Shown: one piece after another, positions 22,532 to 37,981 of the stretch | Position numbering within the stretch: position 1 is the first letter of the stretch | How the letters are laid out: each line of letters opens with the position of its first letter | Assembly: GCA_038496445.1 (NCBI GenBank) | Contig: JALMLS010000198.1 | Location: 1 to 40,404, forward strand | From: Trichosphaerium sp. ATCC 40318 | Lineage: Eukaryota > Protista > Tubulinea | Direction: 5' to 3' | DNA: 40,404 nucleotides | Made by a program: the position numbers and the translations under genes | The notes under the pieces: model-generated | What the model saw: only the letters and a program-made list of their open reading frames with translations | Database searches by the model: none | What the model was told of the DNA's origin: nothing

Positions 22532-23749
22532 ATGCAATCTGTAGACACCCTCATACACCTTCCAATAGAACTATTAGTGCGTATTCTCAGCTACAATCTA
22601 GACTTAGATATGGACTCTATATCATGTGTTTGTCGTTTGTTGTCGATTATTGCCGATCAACACATCCAATACATCTCAACGCGTTACATAAGGTTAAAAA
22701 CAAAGACAGACGTTTACAGACTTTTACTGTACCCACGATTACTCACAAAGGCAAGAATAACATGCTACCCGTCCATATCGAACAGAAGACTATTAAAACT
22801 ATCAGGTGTACGTAATATAGCTTTAAGGAGAGCTAGTAGAATCACAGATAAAGGTCTATTTGCACTCTCGGGAGTACATTGCATAGATTTATCCGGTTGT
22901 CATTCTATCACAGGTGAAGGTTTTAAAGCGTTATCTGGAGTACATACAATAAAACTAAGTGACTGTTGTCGTATCACAGATGAAGGTTTATCCTATCTGT
23001 CTGGAGTTTATTATATTGACTTGTCGGATACCTTTGTTACTGACAAAGGAATTCAAGCGTTACAAGGTGTTCACACAATAAACTTGTCAATGTGCTCAAG
23101 AATAACCGATAAGGGAATATCTTATCTATCAGGTGTTCATACTATAAGTCTCAAGTATACAAAGGTAGGTGATGTTGGGATCAAATCACTTTCTGGTGTA
23201 CATGCCATTGATTTAGAAGACTGTGAGAATATTACAGATGAAGGTATTAAGTCATTGGCTGGTGTTCATACAATTAACTTACAGTACACTCATGCTACTG
23301 ATGATAGTATTAAATGTCTTTCTGGTGTTTATAGTATAAAGTTAAGTGAAACAGAAGTAACAGATGAAGGTTTAAAATCGCTCTCTGGCGTTCACACTAT
23401 TTGGTTGGTAGATTGTAAAAATATCACAAATCTTGGTGTTAGAGCTTTAGCTGGTGCTCATACAATTAATCTTCAGTATTGTCATCAAATAACTGACTCT
23501 GGTATTGTACCTCTTGCTGGTGTACATACTATAGGATTATCAGCAACCAATGTTACAGATAGAGGTGTAAAAGCTCTTGTTGGTGCTCATACTATTTATT
23601 TAGGTCAAACAAAAGTCACCAATGAAGGTGTTGAAGCACTTGCAAAAGAAGCTGATACAATATCATTACATAATTGTCGTGGAGTAAATGCACTTGGTGT
23701 TAGAGTTATATCTAAGGCTTTTTTACAAAGAAGATTGGTAGGGTTGTAA
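22532..23749 (+). CDS. Intronless F-box + LRR protein (about 13 LRRs)
   Basis: LIHLPIELLVRILSY...SCVCRLL F-box followed by repeated LSGVHTIxLxxCxxITDxG. Confidence 0.92.
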   Translation: MQSVDTLIHLPIELLVRILSYNLDLDMDSISCVCRLLSIIADQHIQYISTRYIRLKTKTDVYRLLLYPRLLTKARITCYPSISNRRLLKLSGVRNIALRRASRITDKGLFALSGVHCIDLSGCHSITGEGFKALSGVHTIKLSDCCRITDEGLSYLSGVYYIDLSDTFVTDKGIQALQGVHTINLSMCSRITDKGISYLSGVHTISLKYTKVGDVGIKSLSGVHAIDLEDCENITDEGIKSLAGVHTINLQYTHATDDSIKCLSGVYSIKLSETEVTDEGLKSLSGVHTIWLVDCKNITNLGVRALAGAHTINLQYCHQITDSGIVPLAGVHTIGLSATNVTDRGVKALVGAHTIYLGQTKVTNEGVEALAKEADTISLHNCRGVNALGVRVISKAFLQRRLVGL

Positions 23750-24103
23750 GCGAAAAGACATTTTCAAACACCTTAGTCAGTGTTCTATTAATAAAAATAC
23801 TTCAATGTTAATCCACCTGTCACTGGCCGCTCAAACTTTTTTCCAACCTCACGTACAACATTTGTAGGAGCTTAAATTCACCAGGGCAATATGTGTGTGC
23901 CTCGTATACAGGACTTGAAGTCTCCACTGTTTGTTGATTAGGCACTCTTGTTTTATTTTCTAATGACATTGATTCGATTCATTACAAACACAAAAACGGT
24001 TGACAGCAGCATTGACTTATGCATTCATTCCTTGCTATTGAGGAACTAGGTGTGGAAACACTGTAAATAGTATCGATTTATTTTGACGCCTTATCTTGTT
24101 TTT

Positions 24104-24616
24104 TTAATGCAACCACGTGCGTTTTCTATTCTTATCAATAATGTATGCTTTTTCAATTGTACCATCTTCATTCCAATACTCGGATTTACCTATTTCCTTA
24201 CCCTCTTTGTATGTCTTTTTCATGTACACCTTACCACTAGCGTACCATTTAGTACAATCCCCTTCTAATACATTATTGTTGTAGCAACAAACTTCATAGA
24301 GTTGCCCGTTTTGATACCATTTCCTTGATACGCCACTTCTTTGTCCGTTTTTAAACCCAAGTTCGCTCTTTTTGGTTCCATTCTTATACCATTGTGTACA
24401 TAGACCATCACGTACGCCCATAGTAAAAGATTGTACTTCTACAAGCTGTTGAAAGGCCCACTTTTTAAAAACACCGTTTTTTACCAAATCGTATGAGAAT
24501 CTAGATGTCGTTGCTGTTTGCTTGCATAGTAGTGGCCAAACTACAAAAACAGAGTTATCAATAGATGTAATAATATAGTGAAGTTCAGTGGGTATACCCA
24601 AAAGCGACGAAGCCAT
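24104..24616 (-). CDS. Intronless F-box-like + MORN-variant (MORN_2/YwqK-type) repeat protein
   Basis: N-terminal LLGIPTELHYII, then four G...WYxNGxxxxxxxY/FxxG repeats. Confidence 0.85.
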   Translation of the reverse strand: MASSLLGIPTELHYIITSIDNSVFVVWPLLCKQTATTSRFSYDLVKNGVFKKWAFQQLVEVQSFTMGVRDGLCTQWYKNGTKKSELGFKNGQRSGVSRKWYQNGQLYEVCCYNNNVLEGDCTKWYASGKVYMKKTYKEGKEIGKSEYWNEDGTIEKAYIIDKNRKRTWLH

Positions 24617-25397
24617 TACACTAAGTTTGTTGGCCTGCTACGCCAATTTCAAATAAAACTATTGGTATAGGTTAAGTTCGTATAGTGGTTAAGATAGTGT
24701 AAACTTGTGACAGTATAAAGAAGTATTTTACTGGCGTTTGATAAGTGAGAGGTAGTTGTTTAAGTACGGTAGTATCGTAAAACAACATCAGTAGTTCTAT
24801 ACAAGGGCAGATTACGATTCAAAAGTTTTTGTGTTGATTGAATGTTTCAATTGATTTATGTAATTTGTTGTATATGTACAAGAGATAACTCCAAATTAAT
24901 AAATGGGAAGGGTCTCTGGCTACGTGATCCAGGGGATCGAAGTTGAGTGAGACGTATTCTCTCCAATTTGGTATTGTAGATCAACAAGAACGCGTGAATC
25001 TAAGGTCTGCAATTGTTGGCTGATGGCAAGCATAAGTTTAGTATCACAAGCTTCAAGGTAGCTAGATCGTAATCACATCGGCAAACTTGTTACCATAAGG
25101 CTAGCTTTCTCTTAAAGTCCAACTTTTTACGTCGTCCAACAGCCGATCTCAATTTCTAGTTTCTCAAAGCTTGCAAATGTTTATCAGACGTAGTTCACCA
25201 TCATGGTGGTTACATTAGAATTCGTATCACGTGTTATTCTCATATTGCCGGGGAGCTCGCTACTAAAGAACACCAAAATAGTGTTATACACACAGCCCTA
25301 CAGATAAAGATCTACATATCTACAGTTGACCACAGTGGTTTTCATAAGGTCGCTGGCTTAACTATCGTCGTATTTTTTTTCTTTCTAAACAACAATA

Positions 25398-26500
25398 ATG
25401 CTTATGCCTAAATCAGAACTACACAAAGCTGTACTGGCAAATGATATTGAAACAGTTGAAAAATTACTTCAAGAAGGCGCAAACCCAAATGAAACTATTA
25501 TTTATTCTAGAGGACCAAAGTACAACAACAACTCATCTCCTCATAAACATACAATTAACTGATTTTTAAAAATTACAGATACACGCTCATACATGTTGCG
25601 TTACGCACAGACGAACAAGTCAATTGCCAGGAAGCGATACCAAACATAGAAATAATTTCGATGCTCCTCAAATACAATGCAGACGTCAATGGCCTTTATG
25701 TTTATGATAAAAGGAACCGACAAAAAAGAACAGCAGCTTTACAAGAGATCTTGTCTCTGACGCTTGAAAACCCTTCCGAGTACTATGACCTTTTGAAGCT
25801 TGGTCTATCAAAAGGTGGTGATGTAAATACTTCAGAGACAATAAATAGAGCAGGAAGTTATGGCCATTTCACAAAAACATTGCTTACAAAAGCAGTTGAT
25901 AATCCTGTTATCCTCCAAATGCTACTCGAGACACCTGGCACTGATCCTGATGCCTATAATTTTACAAAAGATTGTTTCTTTGACACACAATTTACAACAT
26001 TACATCTCTTGCTTCAACAAAAAACAGATTTCAATGAGCTCTCAATGCTGTTATTACTTCACCATGGAGCTGATGTTAACAAGAAAAGAATTTCCAATGG
26101 TTATCGTGATTGCACAATATATGCTTCAGCCACACCTTTGCATTTGGCTATTAAATCAAAAGATGTTAGAAGAGTTTTGATTCTTCGTATGTTCAATGCA
26201 GATGTAACAATACCGTTCTCTTCTGGGGATCAAACATTAACTTGTATGCAAATGATTGATAAGTACATGTATACAAATTCGGAAGCAAAGGAATTGATGA
26301 TATTGGCGTTAAATCAGAGATGGCATCCAAGATTACATCAATATTTTCCAAAGTTTTTTAGAGATCAAGTTTTTTACCTTATGCTCTGTATCAAACGTCT
26401 TGAACCTTATCTACCACCTGAACTAGTACAATATATAATATGTAAGGTTGTCAATGGAGAGTTTTTTGTACCAGAACTTATTACCGACCTTGAATTCTAG
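25398..26500 (+). CDS. Ankyrin-repeat protein with a C-terminal F-box-like motif
   Basis: Exon 1 MLMPKSELHKAVLANDIETVEKLLQEGANPN; intron 25520-25578; TPLHLAI and HGADVN ankyrin motifs; C-terminal WHPRLHQYFP...LPPELVQYIICKV. Confidence 0.85.
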
Positions 26501-27833
26501 TTTCAATGTTGACTAATGAAATAAACACGTTTTCTTTCACAACTAGTATACTAATTTTGTTCTATAAATAAATACCACATGTTGTTGTTTAAATACCAGA
26601 TTACGTTTTTGTCAATCTTTTTTGCATTGTAAAAGTGGGACATGTGTAACATTGCTCATACTATTGAGCTTTTAGATACCAAGTCAGATTGTTGATTATA
26701 CAAACACCCAATCAAAATTGTTCTTGATACGCTGTACTACCTTGTTACTGTGGTTAACGCTATTGAGAATGAGTTCGAGTAAAGAATTTATGTTGCAGTG
26801 AATGTGCAAAGATATTTGCAAAGGTCTACCGAACCGCCGACGTAAATAGAGTTGGACTTGTTGTGACAATGACATTTTCAAAAATTCGTTTTGGTTGTTA
26901 GGTCTCTCACAATACACAAAGCCTTTTTGTGGCTCGAGGTTTTTCATAACAATGAAACAGTATTAATAACCCAATATACATTGCACCACAATTTGTCTAT
27001 ACCCTGTAACTGAAATGTTCGTGAAGACTACGAAAAGTTAGTTGAAAAATGACATTTAAAGACGTTTCTAAAACAAATTGGTGAAAAGGTTTCTCGGCAA
27101 GTGCCTGCTGATAAAAATGCTCATAAACAAAACAATTTGTGCACTAGAAAATGCTATTAAACTTTCCTCCACTTTTTGGCACCTCTTTCGGCATAACTAG
27201 ACCGTTTTCTAAGTTGTCACCCACGTGATAAAACAAAACAAATGAAAAGCCTGTTAAACAGCGTAATAGCATCAATGAACGAATTTCCACGCGTCGTAAA
27301 ATTACTACCGCATCCCAGTGCACGGTTTTACGGATTTTCCCATTCATTTTGTAAAAGCTCTTTGAACTCTAAAACAAACATCGTGTGTGGTTTTTCTAGC
27401 GTCGTGATAGTTTAAAAATACGACTGAATAGATTTTTGATGTAGTTTTTACGTACGAAGTTTCTTCTTTGGTAAAACTAGATTTACCTCTCCTGTACGAT
27501 CGCGAAAGCACATCTAACAGGTACGTTACGCACATAACAGTTATAATATAAAACGAGATAACCGTTTATCCCCGTTCTGTACAAAAAGCTTTTCGGACCT
27601 TTTTTTTCTAAAACAACTCCTTCTTATCCCTAGCATTTGCTGTGGGTGTTATTTGAAAGGAAAAGTTCTTTTATTCTTTAACAACAAGGCCCACCTTTCG
27701 TTAAAAGATTAACGCGAAAATTAACGTCAACTTTTACGTGTATCACGTTACTACAATTATCTTGGCCTTTCGGCTTTGTTTTAAAAAAAAGCGAGTTAAT
27801 CTAACTTGTCAACCTTCTAACGCTCTAAAGGTC

Positions 27834-30346
<2,513 letters not shown>

Positions 30347-30639
30347 AACCAAGCTATCTCTCTACCTCTACTTGTTTATTAATCAAAAAAAAACTACAAC
30401 ATCAGGAGAGCCCAACTGTAAACCTCCATTAAATCCATCAACAAACCAACCCTTTCTTTTCACACCCTTAGCTAGCTGTTTTTTTTTCCTTGATTTTTCT
30501 TACTTTTTTTTTTTGGTTTCTCGAAAATTTGATTTCTCTCTGTTGGTGCACTTCGTTATTGAAAAACAATTGTTCCCCTCCTTAAATCTATAATCTCTCT
30601 ACCGTTGTTGGTCTATGTGCTCAAAATTTTTATGGTTAG

Positions 30640-33464
30640 GAAGCTGCAGCGGCGCTTGCAGAAAAAACTGAGCCAAAAAAACCAGAAGGAGGTTCTCAGT
30701 TTGTGGATTTTTCGAAACCAAACAATCCAATATCTCTCAAACCTGTTGGTGTTGCTAAGCCTGGAACAGTTGAAGGTCCTCTATGCGGTGGTACTGCTGA
30801 TGAGTTACCAAACGAGCGTAAAAAGGCTACATTCGATATTGAAACAATGACGAATATTTTGGACGGTGGTCCTAAAAAAACAGCCAGAAGACGTTGGGTA
30901 TTGGCTCCAAGTGAAGACCATGGTCAATTTGAGAACCGTTATTACTGGGATAGACCAGAAATGATGAGTCAGCATATTAAAGGATTCATTGAGATTCACA
31001 AGCAGTTTGCTTTTAAATACTTGCCTACACGTGAGGAGATATCATGGATGACTGAAAACACTATCATGAGTGGTACATTGATGAATCACTACGGATTGTA
31101 CGTTTTGATGAAAAAGAAGTTCTCTTTGACTGGTGTCTTTCAATTTTTGTGAACAACAGATTTTTTGTTTTTGTGTTTTTTCAGAAGCTGACGGATATCT
31201 TTTTCTCTTTTAGGTTCTTACCTACAATATCTGGAATGGCAAGCCCAGATCAAGTTGCTGAATGGATACCTCAAATCATTACTATGCAAATCATCGGTGC
31301 TTACGCACAGACAGGTTCGTTTTATTTCTTGTTTTTTTTCAATAAAAACTCCTTTGATATTCTTGGATGCGTTGCTTCATTGGTACTTACTGTTTTTTTC
31401 AAAAAGAGCTTGGACATGGTTCTAACGTCAGAGGTCTACGTACAATGGCTACTTATGACAAGGAGACAAAGACATTCATTATGAATACACCTACTTTACG
31501 TTCTATTAAATGGTGGCCTGGTACTCTTGGAAAAGTAGCAACACATGCTGTTGTATACGCACAACTCATCATTGATGGTAAAGAATATGGTGTACATGTG
31601 TTCTTTATGCAAATACGTGATGAAAACCACAGACCTCTTCCTGGTATTGAACTAGGTGATTTGGGACCAAAACTTGGAGATGGTGCTAATGATACTGGTT
31701 TTATGAGACTTGATAATGTCAGGTATGTCTCTCTTTTGATAGTTTGTATTAATTGTTGGCTTTTCTTGTAGGATACCTTTGTTTAACATGTTGGCTCGTC
31801 ATCAACAAGTTACACCTGAAGGAGAGTATGTTAAGTCTGATAAGAAGAAAGATCCAAAGATGCACTATGCTACTATGATGTTCACTAGAGGTACCATGGT
31901 ACGTGGTGCTGGTGGTTCTCTAGCTAGAGCTGTATGCATAGCAACACGCTACAGTTGTGTACGAAGGTAAGTATCTCGCTAAACAAAAGCAAAAACTTTG
32001 TTATTGACCAAAACGTTCAGACAAGGATTCGTCGATACTGATCAAGGTGTTCCTTACAAATCACCAGAAATGAAGATTATTGACTACCAAGTACAAAGGT
32101 ATGTATTTTATCTAAATTAGCTTCACCAGTACTTTGTGCTGCGTGTTCGATGTTAATTTTTTTTTCTTACTTTTTTCTTTTTTAGGTACCGTCTCTTCAA
32201 GCAAATGGCTCTTGCGTATGCCATTAAGTTCTCTGGTAAATGGATGATACAAAGTTTCGCTGCTCTAGAAGGATCAAGCACCGCTACATCAATCATTTCA
32301 GACACGAAAGCGCTTAAAGAAGTAGCAGCTACCTCAGCTGGATTAAAAGGTTTATGTACCTTCCTTGTTGCTCAAGGTACGGCCTTTGAAATTTCTGTAT
32401 TCCTTCTGATGAACGATTAATAACTTGTTCAATAGGCATAGAAGACTGCAGAAAATGTTGTGGCGGTAATGGTTATCTCCTAAACTCAGGAGTTGCTGCA
32501 CTTGCCGGAGATTATGTTTGGCAAACAACTGCTGAAGGAGATTGGATTCTTCTCATGCTCTTGACAGCCAGGTTCTTGCTCAAGACACTTGGTAAGGTCC
32601 AACAAGGTAATAAGGTAACTGGACCTTGCGCCTACATGGCACCAGCAGGAGGTATGATTTCATCAAACAAACAACTTGCCAAAGACTTGTTTTGCTAATT
32701 TTTTACCAAGCGTCCAATTTTGATATTCGTTCTGCTGCTCCTAGAGCGCCTACTTGCGTAGAGGACTTTCTTGATCCTAAATTTTTGCTTGCTTGGTTCC
32801 ACTACAGGTCCCTTTGTATTATTGTCGATGTTGAGAATAGATTCAAGAGGATGCTTGGAGAAGGAAAGAGTTATGCTGAAGTTTGGAATGCTAATTCTAT
32901 CGAGTTGATAAATGCAACAAAATCTCATTGTCTTGCTTTTATGCTGTCCAACTTCATCGATGAGATTCAGGATATCTCTGATGCTAAGTCAAGCCAAGCT
33001 TTGCATAAGGTTTGTGCGTTATTTGGTACTACCAGGATACTTGATGATAACTGGACAGGCTTATTTGATGCTAAAGGGTACGTTGTTTTTTGTTGGTTTT
33101 ATTTCGTTTTTTTTTGTATTCCTCACGTGCTGATTGGTTTTTTTTCCAGTTTCGGTTTCTGTAAGCAAGCTGTTAGACAGCTTCTTGATGATTTAAGACC
33201 TGACGCCATATCTCTAACTGATGCTTGGGATATTCCTGACCGTGTATTGAACTCTACATTGGGTAGAAAAGACGGTACGAATGAAAAATACTTTTTAATC
33301 AACTAGCTGATTTCTCATGTTCAGGAAACGTCTATGAAGCGCTCTGGGAGGCTACAAAGAAAGCTCCATTTAACCAAAGAGATCCTTTTGTTGGTTTCAA
33401 AGAGTCTCTAGCACCTCACTTGGATAAAGAGTTCTTGAAGCGCCATAACAAATCAAATCTTTAA
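30640..33464 (+). CDS. ACOX: Peroxisomal acyl-CoA oxidase domains, with no own start codon (predicted 3' part of an FRD-b5-ACOX fusion); ends -KSNL
   Basis: ERKKATFDIETMTNILDGG, AYAQTELGHGSNVRGLRT, KWWPG, ATRYSCVRRQG, CRKCCGGNGY, TAEGD (catalytic Glu), LRPDAISLTDAW, LGRKDGNVYE. The first exon begins at acceptor TTAG|GAAGCT. Confidence 0.92.
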
Positions 33465-33568
33465 CTGTTCTAAAAACCTCTCTTGTTGAAGTTTTTTTCA
33501 CCTTGTGTATCTATCAATAAATAAAGAGCAACTTTATTGCAACACTTGTTTGAAGGTTTACATTGCAA

Positions 33569-34429
33569 CATATCTAGCTCAATCATGGCAAATTTTTGCT
33601 CAGCCATGGCAAGTATTTTATGTATCAGTATGTGTCTAAAGCACATAATCCAATAAAAATTTACTACCATATAGCAAGCATAATGTGTATATCATGTGAT
33701 TATACAAAGCATACATTGTGTCACCAGTAAAAAATTCATTTTTTAAGAAAAAGCTTCCCCAGCCCTTAAAACTAAACCGACAAATCTGTGATTGTAGGTA
33801 TTACACCAAAACAATGTTGTCTATGTTATGTAAAAGGCAGAGTTACAAATGAAATTTGGAATCAGAAATAATGGATGTTTTATTTTTTTATATTTTTTTG
33901 AATATTGTTTTTTTAAAATCAAGTTGTTGAAGCCATAAATGGATTATTGTGTGTTTAATCTCATTGTTGGTATGGTGTTTTATGTTAATAGTAAAGTAAA
34001 AACCTTAGATGCATTATCATGAAGATCAGTACATTATATTTCATTATGTAACACATTATTTTTTTTGCACCAACTACTTTTTTCTTAATGTAAAAAATAG
34101 TTACCACAAGCCATGAAGGTTTCAAACATTAGTCATATTCTTATGTAGTATACCAACCATACTAAACTATACATGGTGCAAAAGGTATTGAGAACAATCT
34201 GTTTAGTTGGTGCCTATGTACTAATGAATAAAATGTAAGAGTTTTTACCAATTGCATTATATTTCTACATGTAAGGACTTTAATTGACTAATATTCCGTG
34301 AAATTATTGCCTTGAACACTGGTAATGTTTTGGTAATTTTTTAGTTGAAAGTAACTTATGGTAGGTTCAATAATAAACAGAGAACTGCCATGGCTGAGCC
34401 AAAAATATGCCATGGCTGAGCCAGATATG
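33569..34429. mobile_element. Non-autonomous TIR element (861 bp), 3-bp TSD CAA
   Basis: ~45-bp imperfect TIR CATATCT(A/G)GCTCA..CATGGCA.ATTTTTG(G)CTCAGCCATGGCA with an internal repeated GCTCAGCCATGGCA. CAA on both flanks; AT-rich interior. Confidence 0.7.
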
Positions 34430-34479
34430 CAAAGATTATCGTAAGGCCTATCTGAGTTTTGTTCTAGAGCACAAAGTTT

Positions 34480-35330
34480 TTCTGTCACTTAAATTGATTT
34501 GTATGTACACCTGAAAGTGGTACAAGCAAATCGACTGTTGTATGTACATAAAAGATTAATGGTGTGTACACCTGCAAGGTATCTCATACATGAACGTGTG
34601 ATGGCTTAACAACTTGAAAGATCTATGCTCTTGACACCAACCAATACTGAAACACCGTTTGTTACTAATGTTCCTCCTAAATTAATTGTATGTAACATGC
34701 TAGCGCTGAAAAGCCTACATTTGTGATGAACACGCACCAGGCCAAATCTATAGAATGTGTACCTGTAATGAGATACCTTCATCTTTTACAGATATAAGAT
34801 AACTTAATTTGTTAACCAAGCAACTTTGACAAAAAGAATCTGAACTTAGAATGCCAGTTTTGTATGGTACTCCAGCAAGGGTTTATTCCAATAAACCTGA
34901 GGTATTTAACAAGAGGCAACAATCCTGAGTCTATGATACCAGTACAGTGTAAGGTCAAACAATGTGCACCAACGATATGTTTTGATCCTTCATCTGTTAC
35001 GTTTCCCCATACAATCTCTAAGGAGAGAACAACAGAAAGATATGATTGATTTTTATCTGTAGGGCTGTTTAACACTATTTTGGTGTTCTTCAGAAGCGGG
35101 ATTCCGCCAATACGAGAATAACACGTGATACGAATTCTAATGTAACCAACATGATGGTGAACTATGCCTGATAAATATTTACAAGCTTTGAGAAACGAGA
35201 TATCGAGATCCGCTGTCGGACGACGTAAAAAGTTGGACTTTAAGAGAATGCTAGCCTTATGGTAACAAGTTTGCCGATGTGATTGCGATCTACCTACCTT
35301 GAAGCTTGTGATACTAAACTATGCCATCAA
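34480..35330 (-). pseudogene. Decayed F-box/LRR gene; only its 5' part is copied in the left arm (~25020-25320)
   Basis: Fragments PLLKNTKIVL, VTDEGSKHIVGAHCLTL..IIDSGL and VGVKSIDLSSC, with many stops and frameshifts. Confidence 0.65.
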
Positions 35331-35424
35331 CACCAAGTTTACACTATCTTAACCACTTTACGAACTTAACCTACACCAATAGTTTTATTTGAAATTGGCG
35401 TAGCAGGCCAACAAACTTAGTGTA

Positions 35425-35936
35425 ATGGCTTCGTCGCTTTTGGGCATACCCACTGAACTTCACTATATCATTACATCTATTGATAACTCTGTTTTTGTAG
35501 TTTGGCCACTACTATGCAAGCAAACAGCAACGACATCTAGATTCTCATACGATTTGGTAAAAAACGGTGTTTTTAAAAAGTGGGCCTTTCAACAGCTTGT
35601 AGAAGTACAATCTTTTACTATGGGCGTACGTGATGGTCATGTAAACAATGGTATAAGAATGGAACCAAAAAGAGCGAACTTGGGTTTAAAAACGGACAAA
35701 GAAGTGGCGTATCAAGGAAATGGTATCAAAACGGGCAACTCTATGAAGTTTGTTGCTACAACAATAATGTATTAGAAGGGGATTGTACTAAATGGTACGC
35801 TAGTGGTAAGGTGTACATGAAAAAGACATACAAAGAGGGTAAGGAAATAGGTAAATCCGAGTATTGGAATGAAGATGGTACAATTGAAAAAGCATACATT
35901 ATTGATAAGAATAGAAAACGCACGTGGTTGCATTAA
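35425..35936 (+). pseudogene. Duplicate F-box-like/MORN gene with a 1-bp deletion at ~35638
   Basis: 512 nt versus 513 nt in the left copy; GATGGTCATGT versus GATGGTCTATGT. Confidence 0.85.
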
Positions 35937-36294
35937 AAAAACAAGATTTGGTGTCAAAATAAATTGATACTTTTTACAGTGTTTCCACACCTAGTTCCTC
36001 AAAAGCAAGGAATGAATGCATTTGTAAGTCAATGCTGCTTTCAACTGTTTTTGTGTTTGTAATGAATCGAATCAATGTCATTAGAAAATAAAACAAGCGT
36101 GCCTAATCAACAAACAGTGGAGACTTCAAGTCCTGTATACGAGGCACACACATATTGCCCTGGTGAATTTAAGCTCTTACAAATGTTGTATGTGAGGTTG
36201 GAAAAAAGTTTGAGCGGCCAGTGACAGGTGGATTAACATTGAAGTATTTTTATTAATAGAACACTGACTAAGGTGTTTGAAAATGTCTTTTCGC

Positions 36295-37511
36295 TTACAA
36301 CCCTACCAATCTTCTTTGTAAAAAAGCCTTAGATATAACTCTAACACCAAGTGCATTTACTCCACGACAATTATGTAATGATATTGTATCAGCTTCTTTT
36401 GCAAGTGCTTCAACACCTTCATTGGTGACTTTTGTTTGACCTAAATAAATAGTATGAGCACCAACAAGAGCTTTTACACCTCTATCTGTAACATTGGTGC
36501 TGATAATCCTATAGTATGTACACCAGCAAGAGGTACAATACCAGAGTCAGTTATTTGATGACAATACTGAAGATTAATTGTATGAGCACCAGCTAAAGCT
36601 CTAACACCAAGATTTGTGATATTTTTACAATCTACCAACCAAATAGTGTGAACGCCAGAGAGCGATTTTAAACCTTCATCTGTTACTTCTGTTTCACTTA
36701 ACTTTATACTATAAACACCAGAAAGACATTTAATACTATCATCAGTAGCATGAGTGTACTGTAAGTTAATTGTATGAACACCAGCCAATGACTTAATACC
36801 TTCATCTGTAATATTCTCACAGTCTTCTAAATCAATGGCATGTACACCAAAAAGTGATTTGATCCCAACATCACCTACATTTGTATACTTGAGACTTATA
36901 GTATGAACACCTGATAGATAAGATATTCCCTTATCGGTTATTCTTGAGCACATTGACAAGTTTATTGTGTGAACACCTTGTAACGCTTGAATTCCTTTAT
37001 CAGAAACAAAGGTATCCGACAAGTCAATATAATAAACTCCAGATAGATAGGATAAACCTTCATCTGTGATACGACGACAGTCACTGAGTTTTATTGTATG
37101 TACTCCAGATAACGCTTTAAAACCTTCACCTGTGATCGAATGACAACCGGATAAATCTATGCAATGTACTCCCGAGAGTGCAAATAGACCTTTATCTGTG
37201 ATTCTACTAGCTCTCCTTAAAGCTATATTACGTACACCTGATAGTTTTAATAGTCTTCTGTTCGATATGGACGGGTAGCATGTTATTCTAGCCTTTGTGA
37301 GTAATCGTGGGTACAGTAAAAGTCTGTAAACGTCTGTCTTTGTTTTTAACCTTATGTAACGCGTTGAGATGTATTGGATGTGTTGATCGGCAATAATCGA
37401 CAACAAACGACAAACACATGATATAGAGTCCATGTCTAAGTCTAGATTGTAGCTAAGAATACGCACTAATAGTTCTATTGGAAGGTGTATGAGGGTGTCT
37501 ACAGATTGCAT
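36295..37511 (-). pseudogene. Duplicate F-box/LRR gene with a 1-bp deletion at ~36498
   Basis: 1217 nt versus 1218 nt; TCAGCACCAAT versus TCAGCAACCAAT. Confidence 0.85.
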
Positions 37512-37981
37512 TGTTTTGTATTTTTATCGAAATTTCAATGTGTGTCGACGCGTATTTCACGTGTGTTTAGTTGTTTTGTATGATTATCACGTGATATTAT
37601 GCTACATAAATCTTGTTTAAAAATCTGACCATTTCGGGGGTTCTAACTTACGTAGGATGTATTTTTTTGCGTGTAGCACCCGTAAGAGTGGATCGTACTA
37701 TCGTTTAATTCTATTCAGTGGTCAGTTAGTGTTAAATCCTTGAAGTTTGTTACGCGTCACACTATGCTGCTTTGAAACGCGTTTTAAATAGATTCGAAGA
37801 CTCTGCTTTGACTGCATCCCACATATCTCTACCAAACCTAGTCTTTAACTATTGATCACAACAGAGGTACTCAACTGTGAATACCTTTTTTAATTGTTTT
37901 CTACCTAATTTCAGGATTATTATCAATCAGGCAGTACCCCTTTTGTATGTTTTATTAATACATTGTTAGCTATATGTATTT

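Larger units (their letters stand above)
19604..25320 (+). repeat. Left arm of a large inverted segmental duplication
   Basis: The reverse complement of 35043-40404 aligns throughout (40404 pairs with 19604; ~35043 pairs with ~25320). The left arm has ~310 extra bp at ~24708-25015. Confidence 0.95.

Noticed and set aside
24708-25015. ~310-bp segment unique to the left arm as a transposon insertion
   Set aside because: No TIR, TSD or poly(A); more consistent with a deletion in the right arm.
18797-26500. Endogenous giant-virus insertion
   Set aside because: No capsid, polymerase or packaging ATPase genes, and the repeat genes are interleaved with intron-rich host genes.
26560-27540. Short minus-strand ORFs upstream of the fumarate reductase
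   Set aside because: No convincing splice model or motif; left unannotated.
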